Shown here in pieces: positions 51,626-64,000 of a DNA stretch of 64,000 nt. The stretch is from Camelus dromedarius (Eukaryota), in contig NC_087436.1 of assembly GCF_036321535.1 (NCBI RefSeq), positions 49,788,001-49,852,000 of the forward strand, read 5' to 3'. Made by a program: the position numbers and the translations under genes. The first letter of the stretch is position 1. The number at the start of each line of letters is the position of its first letter. The notes beneath the pieces were generated by a model. That model was not told where the DNA came from. It made no database searches and saw only the letters and a list, made by a program, of their open reading frames with translations.

Positions 51626-53967
51626 ATCCATTTAATCATTTTTCTATTTTTTTAATATTTGACCTACCTATTTCACATTGCATTTCTTGTTGAAGAGAAA
51701 TTGGCAAAGCAAATAACTGATTTTCAAAGAACTAATACTGAAGATGTATTTCTTTGGCTGATATAAAACCATATATAAATTATATTTAGAAAGCAGAGTA
51801 CTAGTTTCTGGCCTTTTTGTTTCTTTTATAATTAAAAATTATATTTGGGCCACGTGGCCACATTTAAGTGATGGGTTGTGGGAGGAGCCACTAGTTCAAG
51901 TAACTTACTGGTTGAACAATGTTAGGGACATCAGCATAACTTCTCTGAACTTGACTTCCTCAACTGTGAAAGGGACATAGTAGTATCTACCTACATTACA
52001 GCTTTTTAATATTGTATATAGGGTAATGTTTTTGTGTACTGAAAGATGCTGTATGATATCTTGGTCCTAATTTAGTCATTAATAAAGAGTAGAGAAGAAA
52101 ACAATTATATTTACAGATAATTCAATACACCAACAGGTTACTTATAGTTTTGAGAAACTAAAGCCCAAGTAGACTATTTTGTGGCTTGAGTTTTCTGAAT
52201 ATTTGTTTTAATTATCCAGGTCGCCAAAGATCTGGCTTGATTTCACTTGGGAAGAGATAAACCTGATAAACAAGTTTCCCTTGTTCTTGTACCTGTGTTG
52301 TCAAATGCCTGGGAAAACTGCCCGGATGACCTAGTGACGTTGGTCAGTGTGCTGATAATTTAGTGCTCTTCCTCCTTCCTCACCAGAGGCACACCACTAC
52401 TGTTAATTTTTGTATCCTTTAATAGGTTGTGTGTGTGTGTGTGTGTGTGTGTTTCACTTTACTAACTCAGTACCTTTGTTTGGCTTATGTTTCTTTTATT
52501 TGGACAGACACAAGGAGTTATACTAAATGTGCATTACTGAGTTTGGGAAAATCACTATAAGAAATGATTAAATACTTATCATGAATTCTGGTTGGAGAAC
52601 ATATGTAACAAATATTGGAAAATTGTAGCATTACTTTCATTTTGGAAAATAGGGGAGTGTGTATGAGTGTAGGAAATAAAACAGGTAGATATACATTTTG
52701 AGACAAAAAACCAAAGTGACTATGCAGAGCTTTCTTTTCTTTTTTCCTTGTAATAAAAAGAGAGTTTTTATGAATAAAGAAAGTGAGCAATAAGAGAAGA
52801 GGCTGGTGGGTTTCTGGGAGAAAATAATGATAGCCCTGAAAGATTTGGAATCCTAACCAAGAAAACATTAGAAACAAAGGAGAAAGGGGTATTCAAGCCA
52901 GGATGCTATGCAGCGTCTAGAAGGAGCTTTGTTAAGGCAGAGTATGGATGTCTGCTTCGCTTCATCAATTACAGAAGTTTTGCAGAGAATGGAAACTATC
53001 CAGGGGAGAGAGAATATTTTCATGACTTGACTCAATACGTTTGGTTTGGGAGTCAAGGCTGAGTCTCAAGTTCAGTGAAGTGTCCGCTGAATTAGAGACA
53101 AGAAAAAACAGATTGTGCTATAGCTGATGGTATTATATTTACTTTTGCCTTTGAAACATTTGGTAGAATTATTCCAAAGTGTAACTAAAAGAATACCTTC
53201 AAGAAGGGTGGAAAATGGGATCTCATTTGGGTCTCATCTTCATCTAAATTCATATTTCAGAGAGCATTCTGGAGGAAGGGAAGGAAAGTGTCCAACTGTG
53301 GAGAAAACTGTGCTGAAAGAGCTGTTTCTTGCTCAAGGACTTAAAAAAAAAACACACACCCTGAATGATTGATAGTATTAAAAGGACAGAGATCAAGTAG
53401 GACGAGAAGAGAATGGGGTAAATGTGTATAGATCAGGAAGAGTCGCGGGCATTCCTGTGTCTGTCAGCAAATCTGGCAAACTCAGGAGAAGATATATTTT
53501 CTCTAAAACTTTACAGAGTGAAAAGAGGTGAAATAAATTTGGGGAAGAATAGATTAGATGAATTTAATTGTGTGGAAATGATGATTATGAGCAATGGTGG
53601 ATCAGTGATAGAAAAATAACTGAGCTGAGGAAAGGCTTCTCTATGGGAAATGTTCTTATTTATAGGTTAAATGAGATCAGTGATGGTTTTAACGGAGTTG
53701 AGAATAAGGAAAAGAGATAACATTTTCATTTGTACTGGAAATGAGATGCGGAATCTTCTGGCAAATGCTAAATGCTTGGTGTGCCTGATTTTCATTCATG
53801 AAAAACGAAGTAGAACACTGGGCTTTTGAGATTCCAAAGGATATACATACTGGATCTTCTATATGAGGCTGCTGTCTATGGAGTTAAATGAGTTACGAAG
53901 TGGACTGGTTTTGGATTTTCCTTATGTGATTCTCTTTACATGTGTGTGTTATTTGTATGTCCTGAAG

Positions 53968-54270
53968 CTATGTTTTTCAAACTGCAGATGATAACACACT
54001 AGTGGTCCATGAGTGTTGGCTTACCATCAGGATTTTTATTTTTATTTTTTTATTGAGTTATAGTCAGTTTACAATGCCGTCGGGATTTTTAGAAAGTAGA
54101 ATCGAATAGAGTGGAACAGAAAATATATGAATGCATCACATGTAGTAAGAGTACATATTGTTTCAGTTGTGTATGTATACATAAATGTATGTGTATGCAT
54201 GTACTAGGCTGCTATGTAAAATGTACTTCTAACTGTTGGTTGCAGTCAAAAAAAGTTTGAAAAACACTAG
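53968..54270. mobile_element. Non-autonomous hAT-Charlie-type DNA transposon (MITE)
   Basis: Terminal inverted repeats tgtttttcaaact (53971-53983) and agtttgaaaaaca (54254-54266), similar to the CAGTGGTTCTCAAAC-type hAT TIR. Confidence 0.7.
54039..54076 (-). mobile_element. ~38-bp L1 3' stub with 15-bp TSD
   Basis: T tract then attgagttatagtcagtttacaatg (same terminus as 62968). TSD ccatcaggattttta (54024-54038) and ccgtcgggattttta (54077-54091). Confidence 0.75.
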
Positions 54271-54545
54271 TTTAGTGACAGCAACAACACTATTGAACAA
54301 ATCTGTAATGAGGAAGGAAATTATATTTGTAAGTGGAACAATGTTAATAAGATAAAGAGTAAAATGTCAGTGTTTCTGTAAATAGTGTGTCTTTACTTCT
54401 CCTAGGCAGGTCTATACCTATGAGGTATATTCATGAGTTTATGGTATATACTAAGCACATGGCAAGCCCTTGAAAAATTCAATTCAGTTTAGCAGATCTT
54501 TAGGGAGGAACTCTTATTTTCAAAGATTTGTCGTAAATGCTGTGG

Positions 54546-54547
<2 letters not shown>

Positions 54548-54588
<41 letters not shown>
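54548..54588. repeat. (AC)~20 microsatellite
   Basis: Visible tandem run. Confidence 0.92.
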
Positions 54589-54595
<7 letters not shown>

Positions 54596-55229
54596 CCTGG
54601 CTTAAGGAGCTCAAACATTTCTTTTTTTCTCACTGCCTTTTTAAAATATCCATGTTAACTCCCTAGCTCTACATCTTAGTCCCTCATCCAAGATAGTTAG
54701 TTACCTACTTACATTCTTAATTCTCAGTCCAAAAAATGGACACATTTAAAATGATATAATGGTAATTTTAGAAAACTCTGGAAGCAATCTCACACCTATT
54801 TAAAAGCCTTGGGATCCCTTCATTCATCCCAAATTTAGATAAGAAATACGGACTGCTCTCTGTGACCTCCACTTGGCCACCTCATGTGGTTATGTAGTGT
54901 AGTATTAACGGTTCTTTTGGTATTCCAGAACTTTTCAAGGAATAAGAAAAGGAAAAGGAATACTTGCCTTGAAATTTGAACATACTGAGAATCTACAGTA
55001 TAGTTGTTATTCAGAGTACTGGAAACTCTTCTATGACCTGAACAGGAGAAAGGGCTATATTGAAAGAAAGACGTGAAGGAAGAGAAGAAGGGAGGGAGGG
55101 AAGGCGGGTGGGCAGACTGTAGTGTTAAAGATTAAAGGGAAATAAGAAAGGAGCATGTTGGCAGAAGGGGCTGTCATGCTTAAGGTTTTAAATAAGAAAT
55201 TAGTAAAAAATGGTTAATGCCTCAAAAAT

Positions 55230-55386
55230 TTTTTAAAGAATTTTTTTCTTTTTTAAAAAAATTTGTGGGGGAAGGTAATTAGGTTTTTATTTATCTATTC
55301 ATTTATTTTAGAGGGGGTACTGGGAATTGAACCCAGGACTTCATGCATGCTGAGCAAGTGCTCTACCACTGAACTATCCCCTCTCC
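55230..55386 (-). mobile_element. tRNA-Ala-derived SINE (vic-1-like), antisense in the CXXC4 intron
   Basis: Reverse complement reads ggagaggggatagttcagtggtagagcacttgctcagcatgcatgaagtcctgggttcaattcccagtacccc...cctaattaccttcccc plus A tail. Same family as 49625. Confidence 0.88.
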
Positions 55387-58300
55387 ACCTCAAATCTTTT
55401 TTTTTTTTAAAGATGCCATGGGTCTGGGTTTAGATTCACCAGAACCACTCAGCATTGTTTCTTTTCATTTACCATGGGGGAAAAATAGTTTCATGCAAAC
55501 GAACTAATTTTTTTTCTCCTAATTTCTCTTTAAGGGTAATTTGCTCAGGTCTGCATTTAGAAACATAGAAATGCCAAGATGGGAAAACTAATCTCAAAAT
55601 TGATGATGATGTCTAGAGAGGTAGAGACCATCCACCATCTCTAAGCAACTAATTGTTCAAAAATATCAGTGTGATATTTAAGTGGTTATACAGAGAACTT
55701 CCTGCAAAATGCAGAATTGTGCATATTAAAGACTCCAGAAAAATGATAAAAAGTATTACTCACTGCATCCTATAAATCTCATGCCTGAAAAAAGTTAGGC
55801 TTACTAATTTTCTCTGTTAGTTAGTTAACTGTGTGATTGTGACTGTGTTTGCATGAAGGTGGAGCATATGATATATATAGAAAAAGAGTACATAGACATT
55901 TTCCGAGGAGACATTTGCATCCTGAGGACTTGGTCTAGCACCAACCAGCTGTTCTGCCACCATGGTAGTGGAGACAGCTTACGAGTGTATGTCCTCTTAA
56001 TGAGGGAGATTAAAAGACATTTCTAAAAAGCTAAGTAACATGTAGTAACTGGATTAAATTGTAGCTGTTGTCTGTATACATTTGAACTTTATTATTTAAA
56101 AAGAAAATTAAGGTTAGAGACCAAAAAGAGTGATTGTGAATTTAAAGATTTGATGTAATGGCCATTGCAGTTATTAAAAACATTTTTTAAAAGAAACATC
56201 AAAAGCAACATGTGATTCTCAGAAGTATAGTTTAAACCAAGTACATTATTTTGACGATAACATCTCATGACCGTGAAATGTTTGGAATTTTCTCTAAATT
56301 CCTTTAAGTAATTCATGGGCATAAAACATGCTTTGGTTTCTAAGCTGGGTCTGTCTCAGTGGTTACATTTTTGTCATAGGAGATTCTGAAGCAACTGAAG
56401 TTCAATGACTGCATTCAAAACGCTGCAGAACTTAGTCCAAGAGAATATATCAATTAAACTTATTTTCACTTTTTACATAATAGAGAAAAAAATGGATGTT
56501 TCTCAAGTTCTCAGATCTATAATAATCAAAGAAAAGCACCATAACTTGACTTTCTTATACAGATGAGTTGTAGCTACTGTATTTTATTTGAATATGAGAT
56601 AGAAGCTGTCCAAATCATAGCTTTGATAGTTTTTAAAAAGTCACCTCTAAATGTTTTTTTAAGTGACCTCTCATTTCTTCACATTTTGCATATTTCTTCT
56701 TCTCTTCAATAATAGAAGGAGACAGATCTGCTTTAAAAAATAATCAAAAATTTAAAAATTGTCCAACAACTTGTTCATGAAAGGAATGCTGATGGTTTTT
56801 CAATAGCTAATTAGCAAAGGTCTCACCTAAAGGTATTGTTGCAGTCAACAGGGATTAGTGGAGTGAATTTGAGGGGAAACAGAATTATTTAGCTTATGTC
56901 TCTGCCATATATATATGTATATATGAATTCACGTATGCATGTATATATTCAGATTCATTTATCATATAACCATATATGCTTGTATGTATTTTCATAAAAA
57001 TTTAGACAGATGAACATATATAGATAAAATGAACTCTAAATATTTTAATCCTTCTTGACAGTATTGATTTTATAAACCTAATTTTTGCATTTTTAATCTC
57101 AATTTTACTTTTAATTTCCTTTCACACTCCCTGTTATACATCTGCTAAAATACTATATAAAATAAGTGTTTAAAAATACTTTTTAAATTTGTGGATTGTT
57201 GAAAATTTTTCCTCTTTCTGCTCACCTTGGTATCATTCCTATATAGTTTATTTTTATATGTCAAAGAACATTTTAATCTCTAAGCTACCCATGTATAATA
57301 GAACAAATTTACTTTTTTGTTGGAAGGATGTAGTTTGAAGTGTTTTTACCAAAAGTAATTGAAATACAAGCCTATATAGCACTGAGTTAGAAACTACATG
57401 AATAAATTCTGGAAAGATATCTTTACCTTTAGTTACAGAGTTTGTCAAGACACTTGCCTAAATAAAGTAGTTAGATTAGATACTAGGGCCAACAGTGAGT
57501 GCCTATTTTGGCCATTTCTGGGCCAGTCTGAATCTTGGTGTCAAACTCTTACCTTCCTTCCTGCCAACCCACTCCTTCCTCCTACATCCACCCCCCTTTG
57601 TTGTCCTAACTGGCTCTACCACCATATTGACTTCACTTATCACCTTTACAATGTAATATATGATCTTATCTTTCCATTTACAAAAGTTAGCTGGGTTTTC
57701 CTTCGCAGTGGTGATGGGGAGGGTGGTGGTGTTCTCTTAGGACGGGGAGGAAGGGGAAGAGCCCTGAGTTTGCAAGGCCAAAGGAGTAGCGGGAGCAACC
57801 ATCCACGGAGAATCAACACTAATGAAAAGCCATCGCTAGTCCCAGCATTAATCGGCAAAGTCCTGGCCACGGATGTCAGTTTGGAAACTGAAAAAGTAGA
57901 ATGCTCCTTCTAATCATATTTAAGACCTCCAAATAATTGCATCATAAAAGTTATCCAGTTACTTATTTGGTGCTTTCTCCCTTTTAAAAAAGGGTCTAAT
58001 ATTCTAGTTAGAGGTAATTGATAACGTTTTTAGTTTATATCTGGATCATGGCCAAATAAGATATGAGTGTACCAGAGACTTACACAGTTACATGATGAAT
58101 GAATCTGAATTATGAGAAAAATTAATCTATCCCATCTATAATACGTATGTATGACAACAGGACAGAAAGAGAAAGTAAGTTAAGTGTGCTTTAAAAAGTG
58201 GAAGCACTGTAAACTTATTTTAATTCATATATTTTTAATTGAGGTATTATTATTAAAGTATAAAGTTTGTTATTGTAATAGTAAATTATTGGACTATGAG

Positions 58301-61300
58301 CTTATCATTTATCATAAGTTAATTGTTCTCTCAAACTTATTGACCTATACTGTACTTGGGCTTGCTGATAATTCTACTCTAGTTATTAGATTATGATTTT
58401 TTAAATATATTATTTATAAATAGGATATAGAGAAATACTTTTGCTAAAGCATTTTGGGGAGTCTCTAACATTTGCTAGCTATCATTTTAGACCATAATTA
58501 CTAGTCATCCAAAGATTTGTAATAATGTGAATCTGTTTGTATTCACATTCACAGTAATATACAGTATATTTGATACAATTTTTGAAATTCTGTCAGTAGA
58601 AGAATTAAGAACCTATTTAGCTTGATATTTTAGTATTCTTTGTGAGTCAAATCTGAAAAATAAGTATTTTTTTTTCATCACCAGGAACCTTTTCCTTTTG
58701 TTCATCCACAATATTCCAAAGTTTGAACGTTTCATAGGAAGCCAAAACAAAAGAGAACGAAATAGCTAAAGGCAAACAATGAGCCCTACTATTTTGTTGT
58801 TGCATTTATTCATGTGCTTCCTATTACAGAATTCAGAGATTCATCATTAAGGTTTTCAAGTTCTGGTGCAAAAAGGTAAATCGAATACAGTGAGAGGTTC
58901 CAGTTTCAAGGACTTAGATGCTCAGAAACTTGTAGTGGGGCTTCTTATAGTGAGAACAAAATTCAAAAGAGTTTATAAGAGGCTGCATTGTCTACCTACA
59001 GTTCGATATTGCTTTGCTTTTGGTTGGAAAAAGCACACTTCCCATCATTATATGGGAATCAGAAAATGATTGGGTTATATTTGTTTCTGTAATTAATAGT
59101 ACACGGGGAAACAGGACATTATTTTTTGATGAGTGTAAGGATAATGGTGCTCCAAAATACTGACCTCCACTTGGGATGTACTGTATCAGAGCCATCCTGT
59201 TTCACAGCAGAATTCTGAAGGCCTAGGTGAACCACTGAGATTTTTGGGTTAGAAACTACATGAATAAATATTGGAAAGCTATAATAACAAGTTACAGAAT
59301 TTGCTAATGTCATAAGTATTATCTCAGTTTATAACTTTTATGCATTCTGAAGTAAATTTCAACATCAAGTTGTCTTATTTGCTCTTTGAAAACTCATGTC
59401 TAGCTTTATTCAAAATGATTAGTTTTGTTTGAAGTCTTGAATACTGCAACATTTTACTAGAACGATTTATCATATGCAACATTTTAGCTACACATGATGG
59501 CTAATCCTATATATCTTCATATGTATCGAAGTCTAGATATGCAGTCTAGCTTTGAGGAGGTGAGGTTTACTAGACTTGACATATCTTAAGCAAGAGTATG
59601 TAGCTGTGTGCGTGAGCTACCACAGTTCACGTGACTGCTTAGCAAGTCCCTAAAGAGAAAGTTACGCTCAAATTCTTAAGGTAGCAGCTTTGGGGATTCT
59701 TACTAATTTTAGGTCATTTAATTATTTCTTCATTGCTGATTTAATGAAAATCAGACTGAAATAGATTTCTGCCAGAGACATATGGATAATTTTTGTATTC
59801 ATTTTTTTAAAAAGGTAATTGTGAAATATACTTAGGCTTGGATTATATAATTATTTTATGCAATAATTTGCTTTTTAAAGTTATTTCGGAGGAAAACAGA
59901 AGGCATTCCTTTAAACTTGAAGGTTGTTCCGGGTCTGGCTCCTGTAGGGATGAATTCCCTGGAACGCCATACTTTACAGCAGGACCGGAAGGAGAGCTGG
60001 GGCTGCAGGTTCCTGCCCGGGCCTCCTGGGAGCAAGGCTGCTGTTTGCCAGCGTTTGCACCTGTCTGAGCAGTGAAGGCTGCCTTAAACAATGCTGATCA
60101 ACTCCCTTCTAGTGTTTACCCCCGTCTGCCTTCTCTTCCTGGGGAATCTGGCTTCCCTGTCATTCAGGATAACGATTTCCTGCAAGCATCACTGAGATCC
60201 CAAAAGTCATTGTAATCTCATCAAGAGTGTGATTCCCCAGCTGTGACTCATGAATCTATAAAGAAGGTAGCTGGTCAGGGTGTTTAACCCCCAATATTGG
60301 GGTGCTGAGCACCCCCAAACCGTTGAAAATAGAAGTCCTCTTACAAAGATGACCTCATTACTTAACCGAATTAGAGAAGATGTGTCCCCAAAGTAGGACA
60401 GACTTAATCAAGACCCCTGATTTTACCCAGTATTTTACATAGGAAGACAGTGTTGCTACCTTCATCTTGGCTGAAAAGAACTCAGTCTAGGCCTAAAGTA
60501 ACTTTCCAGTGAACCCAGTGGAAATTGGGCCAGAGGTTGGATATACCCCTTCCGTTCTGTGTGGCCTCTGGGACACTGGAGCATTTTGTTGCTTTTTTAA
60601 CCCTGAACTAAAACTTAGAGAAACCTCACTTTGAGTTTCTCGTGAATGCCTTGCTAGTTTGTTCCAGTTAACGCACAGTGGTTTTCCTAAATTTTCTCGC
60701 ACATTTTTGGGGATTTTCCAACAAATCATTTTTAGGATTCAATCCCAAAGATCTTAATGTAAAAGAGAAATATTTTTTAAAAGGTGAATCGCTGCTTATC
60801 TTCTCCCTTCCCCTGTTCCCATGCAGCAGTGGATTATCTGCATCCTTATTTATGGAGATCCGTACTCGACTCAACGTATGCAAACTGATAAGTACACATC
60901 AGAGTGCTGTTTTGTGACAGGTTGTGATAGTCCAGAAAACTAGCTCTTAGCTTTTCTTATATTTGCATGATCTAATTATTTTTTAGTTCTCACAAGCATA
61001 AAGAAGTGATTATCTTTTTCCTTACAATGATCTTTGGTCGCAGGTGGCATTTTATAAAGTTTACTTTTTCTAAAGATTGCAGATAAAAAAATTGAGTGGT
61101 GGAGAGGGGCACCAGAAGAGCAAAGAGTTAGAAAAGAGATCTGAAAATGAAATTGAGACATAAGGAATGCGTCTCATTTGAAAAAATGTGCTCCATATAT
61201 TTTTTCTGTTTATCTTCATAAACATATATGTTTATCAAGATACAGGATATATGAGTATATACTTACAGTCTTGTTTCCAGTTGGCATCTGAGAGTAAGTT

Positions 61301-62237
61301 GGCATCTCTGTACACATGTCATATACTGTACACATAAATGTGAGTATATATGAATATATATGCACATGTTTATTTTTCATATGTGATTCTGTAATGCATG
61401 GATATGCTTGGATCTAACAGATCTTGTTAAAAATGACTACATTTATATAAGTATGCATACTTATATAAAATTTATTCTTAGTTGGCATCAGGCAGCAAGT
61501 TAGCATCTGGTGTAAACTTCTAAGTTTTCATTTACTGCTTATATATGTATGTGTGTGTATAATGTATGAATATTAGGATGAATGAATATGGTGTGTCCTT
61601 TATTACTTCCTATAGTACCTTTATTAATGATTAAATAAGTGTAATGAGCATATATAATTTCATTTATCATTTAAAAGTTAATTTTAAAAGTGGTAAAGTA
61701 GTTTTTCACACCAACCCAATCAAATGTTGGGGATCCAGGAATGCATAGTGAACTGGAGAGAAGACAGATTAAACCAGGAGGAGTAAGGAGTCAAATATCA
61801 ATAAGTACTATTTTTATGGGAATAGTGGACCTTTTTGTGTTTTTAGAAAATACTTCATGAGTTAAATTTTTTTATACATATATGCAAACTTGAATTCGAT
61901 AACATTAGTTTGTTCTCAACGCATTCATTTTGAAACGTATTATGTTGACTATGAGGACAGTTTTTAAAAACTTCTTTTTAGTGCAGAGAGCCAAAATGGT
62001 TATTTTATTCATTTAAATTTCAGTTAAAATTCATTTAAACATCTTAATCAATTAATACACCTTTATTTTTAGATGACATTACTGTAGCAGGGCGGTGGCT
62101 ACCAAATAAGTCATATTTGAGAAAGTAAATAAAAGCTAACCTCAATTATTAACGAGTGTTTGTAGTAGAATTTTTTATGGCTTTTCTGAAAATTCAAGTG
62201 TTGTTAGCACTGTCTTAAGATGTGTTTACAAGGCGAA

Positions 62238-62272
62238 TGTGTGTGTGTGTGTGTGTGTGTATGTGTGTGTGT
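62238..62272. repeat. Interrupted (TG)n microsatellite
   Basis: Visible tandem run. A similar (TG)n lies at 52428-52452. Confidence 0.88.
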
Positions 62273-62967
62273 CTATACCTACTCAATATTTTGGTGATAT
62301 TCAACACACCAATTTACATACTTATGAATGTCTAGTAGCAATCTTATAGTCTACACAGGCTTGTTGGACAGGCCTAAGGAAGAAAACCTACTTCTCCACT
62401 TGCCTGAGGAAAAATTTACTCTTAGCTTGTTGTTTCTTGCGTATCTTCAATATACATGCATGTGATTCTGTTTTATAAAGAAGAGTATGGCATGATGAAT
62501 TACTGTAATGTTAATATATAAAGGAAATTCCATAGCTTAACTACTGTTTATCTAACCCAAAAATCCCATAGTAACTTTAAGCTTTTGGTTAAAAGGTTCG
62601 CTCATACATTTAGTGCTAGCTTATTACTCCTTTCGAAAACTGTAGTAGTTTTATTGTGCAAAAGGCACAATATGCTCCATTGAGTATCATTGGTTACTTA
62701 CAAGTTTGTCTCATGTATATGACATTAATTTGTTGAAAATGCAGACTTATTTTAAAATATCGGTATGTTTTGTCAGTATAGTTCTCGTTAGGTTATATGT
62801 AGGAACGTTTAGCATTAGGAGTTGCTAAATGATAGAGGTAGTATTGATGTAATATTTGTTGTTGTCCTGTCATAAAGAGAAATTCTCCAGAATAAAGAAA
62901 TTATTTCACTGAATTCTAAACATCAGGCTTAGAGAGGCTGCATATGTCTGTAGCAGATAGAGGTTTT

Positions 62968-63065
62968 TTTTTTTTTAACTTTTTTTATTGAGTTATAGTC
63001 ATTTTACAATGTTGTGTCAAATTCCCAGTGTAGAGCACACTTTTTCAGTTATACATGAACATACA
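62968..63065 (-). mobile_element. Young ~98-bp L1 3' stub with perfect 14-bp TSD
   Basis: Poly-T then attgagttatagtcattttacaatgttgtgtcaa. TSD cagatagaggtttt at 62954-62967 and 63066-63079, followed by aa (TTTT/AA endonuclease site). Confidence 0.88.
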
Positions 63066-63417
63066 CAGATAGAGGTTTTAAGTGCACTTACTGGCTGGTC
63101 TTCCTACTGTTGGTTAATAGTTTGAACCTTCCCCTTTCTTCTGATTGCCATCCACATTTTAGGCTGTATTTCCTATATTTTTTTTAGACAAATGTGTTTT
63201 AATCATTATATTTAGTAAATGAGCATGAAATTTAATACTCTAATTTTTGTGATGTTCTAAGATTAAACGTTTGATTTTTATTAAATGTTGAAATATACAA
63301 GTCATTTTGTTGTGTATTGTGGGACTAAAAATATTGCTGAAATGTAAAGGAGAAAAATCTAATTTTATATTGGCATAGAAAGAAAGCTTAACTTATTTTC
63401 TTGCTCTTTTTTTATAG

Positions 63418-63462
63418 AGAACACCTGTTCCCAGCGCTGAAGCTTTCCGATGGTTCTTTTAA
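63418..63462 (+). CDS. CXXC4: CXXC4 terminal coding exon: RTPVPSAEAFRWFF-stop (Dvl-binding C-terminal peptide)
   Basis: Pyrimidine tract ttattttcttgctctttttttatag| is followed by AGA ACA CCT GTT CCC AGC GCT GAA GCT TTC CGA TGG TTC TTT TAA. It joins exon 2 in frame to give ...[23 protein letters not shown], the known CXXC4 C-terminus. Total 372 aa, or 198 aa from ATG 44518 (the classical IDAX length). Confidence 0.96.
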   Translation, partial: RTPVPSAEAFRWFF

Positions 63463-64000
63463 GGCAGTAGTATCTCTTATTTTCAAGGCATTTGGAAGTG
63501 AAGGGCAAACTAATGTCTTGTTTTAAGAAACTGCTTAGTCCACCACTGAAGAAAATATCCAGATATTATTTTCATTTTATGTATAGGGGTTTCTTCAAAA
63601 AAAAAATAATAATAAAGGAAAAGAAAAGAAAAGAAAAAAGACATATAAAAATAATCCGGGAGCTCGGGGAATCGGCCAGTCTATTTACTTTCAATACACT
63701 GATTCTTTCTTTGATGTAATTTAGCTATCCTAGTGAAGTTGTTGTCTATTTTGAAGGTGGCTGTAAAAAAATAAGTTTGGGTAAACCCCTGCTGTAAAAT
63801 CATGTATCTTTGCAAAGTACATATCTATACTTCATTTTCAAATATATGTGTTTCAGTACTGTAAACTGTACAGATAGCAGCTTGTATTTTGTGTGTTTAG
63901 ACACAAGGAGACAATCACGTCTGAGCATCTATGGAGATTAACAGTTTGTACACAACACTATGGTTCTGCGAGTTAAATCTGGAGCAATAAATTTTAGCTT
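63463..64000 (+). other. CXXC4: CXXC4 3' UTR, probably continuing beyond the window
   Basis: Follows the stop codon. AT-rich, with AATAAA at 63611-63616 and 63986-63991. The true end cannot be determined here. Confidence 0.8.

Noticed and set aside
57398..57913. 171-aa intronic ORF
   Set aside because: No recognisable homology or exon context; consistent with chance.
1..64000. CRISPR arrays, operons or prokaryote-type defence systems
   Set aside because: The sequence is mammalian, and I found no repeat-spacer array or gene cluster.

Overview
Mammalian genomic DNA, AT-rich and dense in repeats. Three copies of a tRNA-Ala-like SINE resembling vic-1 suggest a camelid (inference). There is one protein-coding gene, CXXC4 (IDAX), on the + strand. 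It has a CpG-island promoter at ~40.2-41.0 kb, a non-coding exon 1 ending at 41322, a large coding exon 2 (43739-45069; ATG 43996, internal ATG 44518), an 18.3-kb intron, and a terminal exon from 63418 (stop at 63462) whose 3' UTR runs to the window edge. The predicted products are 372 aa, or 198 aa from the internal ATG. The upstream 40 kb is intergenic and holds an RPL17 processed pseudogene, L2/MIR/L1 fragments, MaLR and ERVL LTRs, an ERVL internal fragment and an ERV1-type solo LTR. Most short ORFs in the track are chance or low-complexity frames. I found no convincing new biological system. The best leads are a possible alternative CXXC4 C-terminus (72-nt mini-intron or read-through at the exon 2 donor), uORF and poly-Gly control of the two isoforms, a ~1.7-kb element with ~210-bp terminal inverted repeats, and several palindromes. 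Repeat family names come from recognition by eye and need Dfam/RepeatMasker confirmation.
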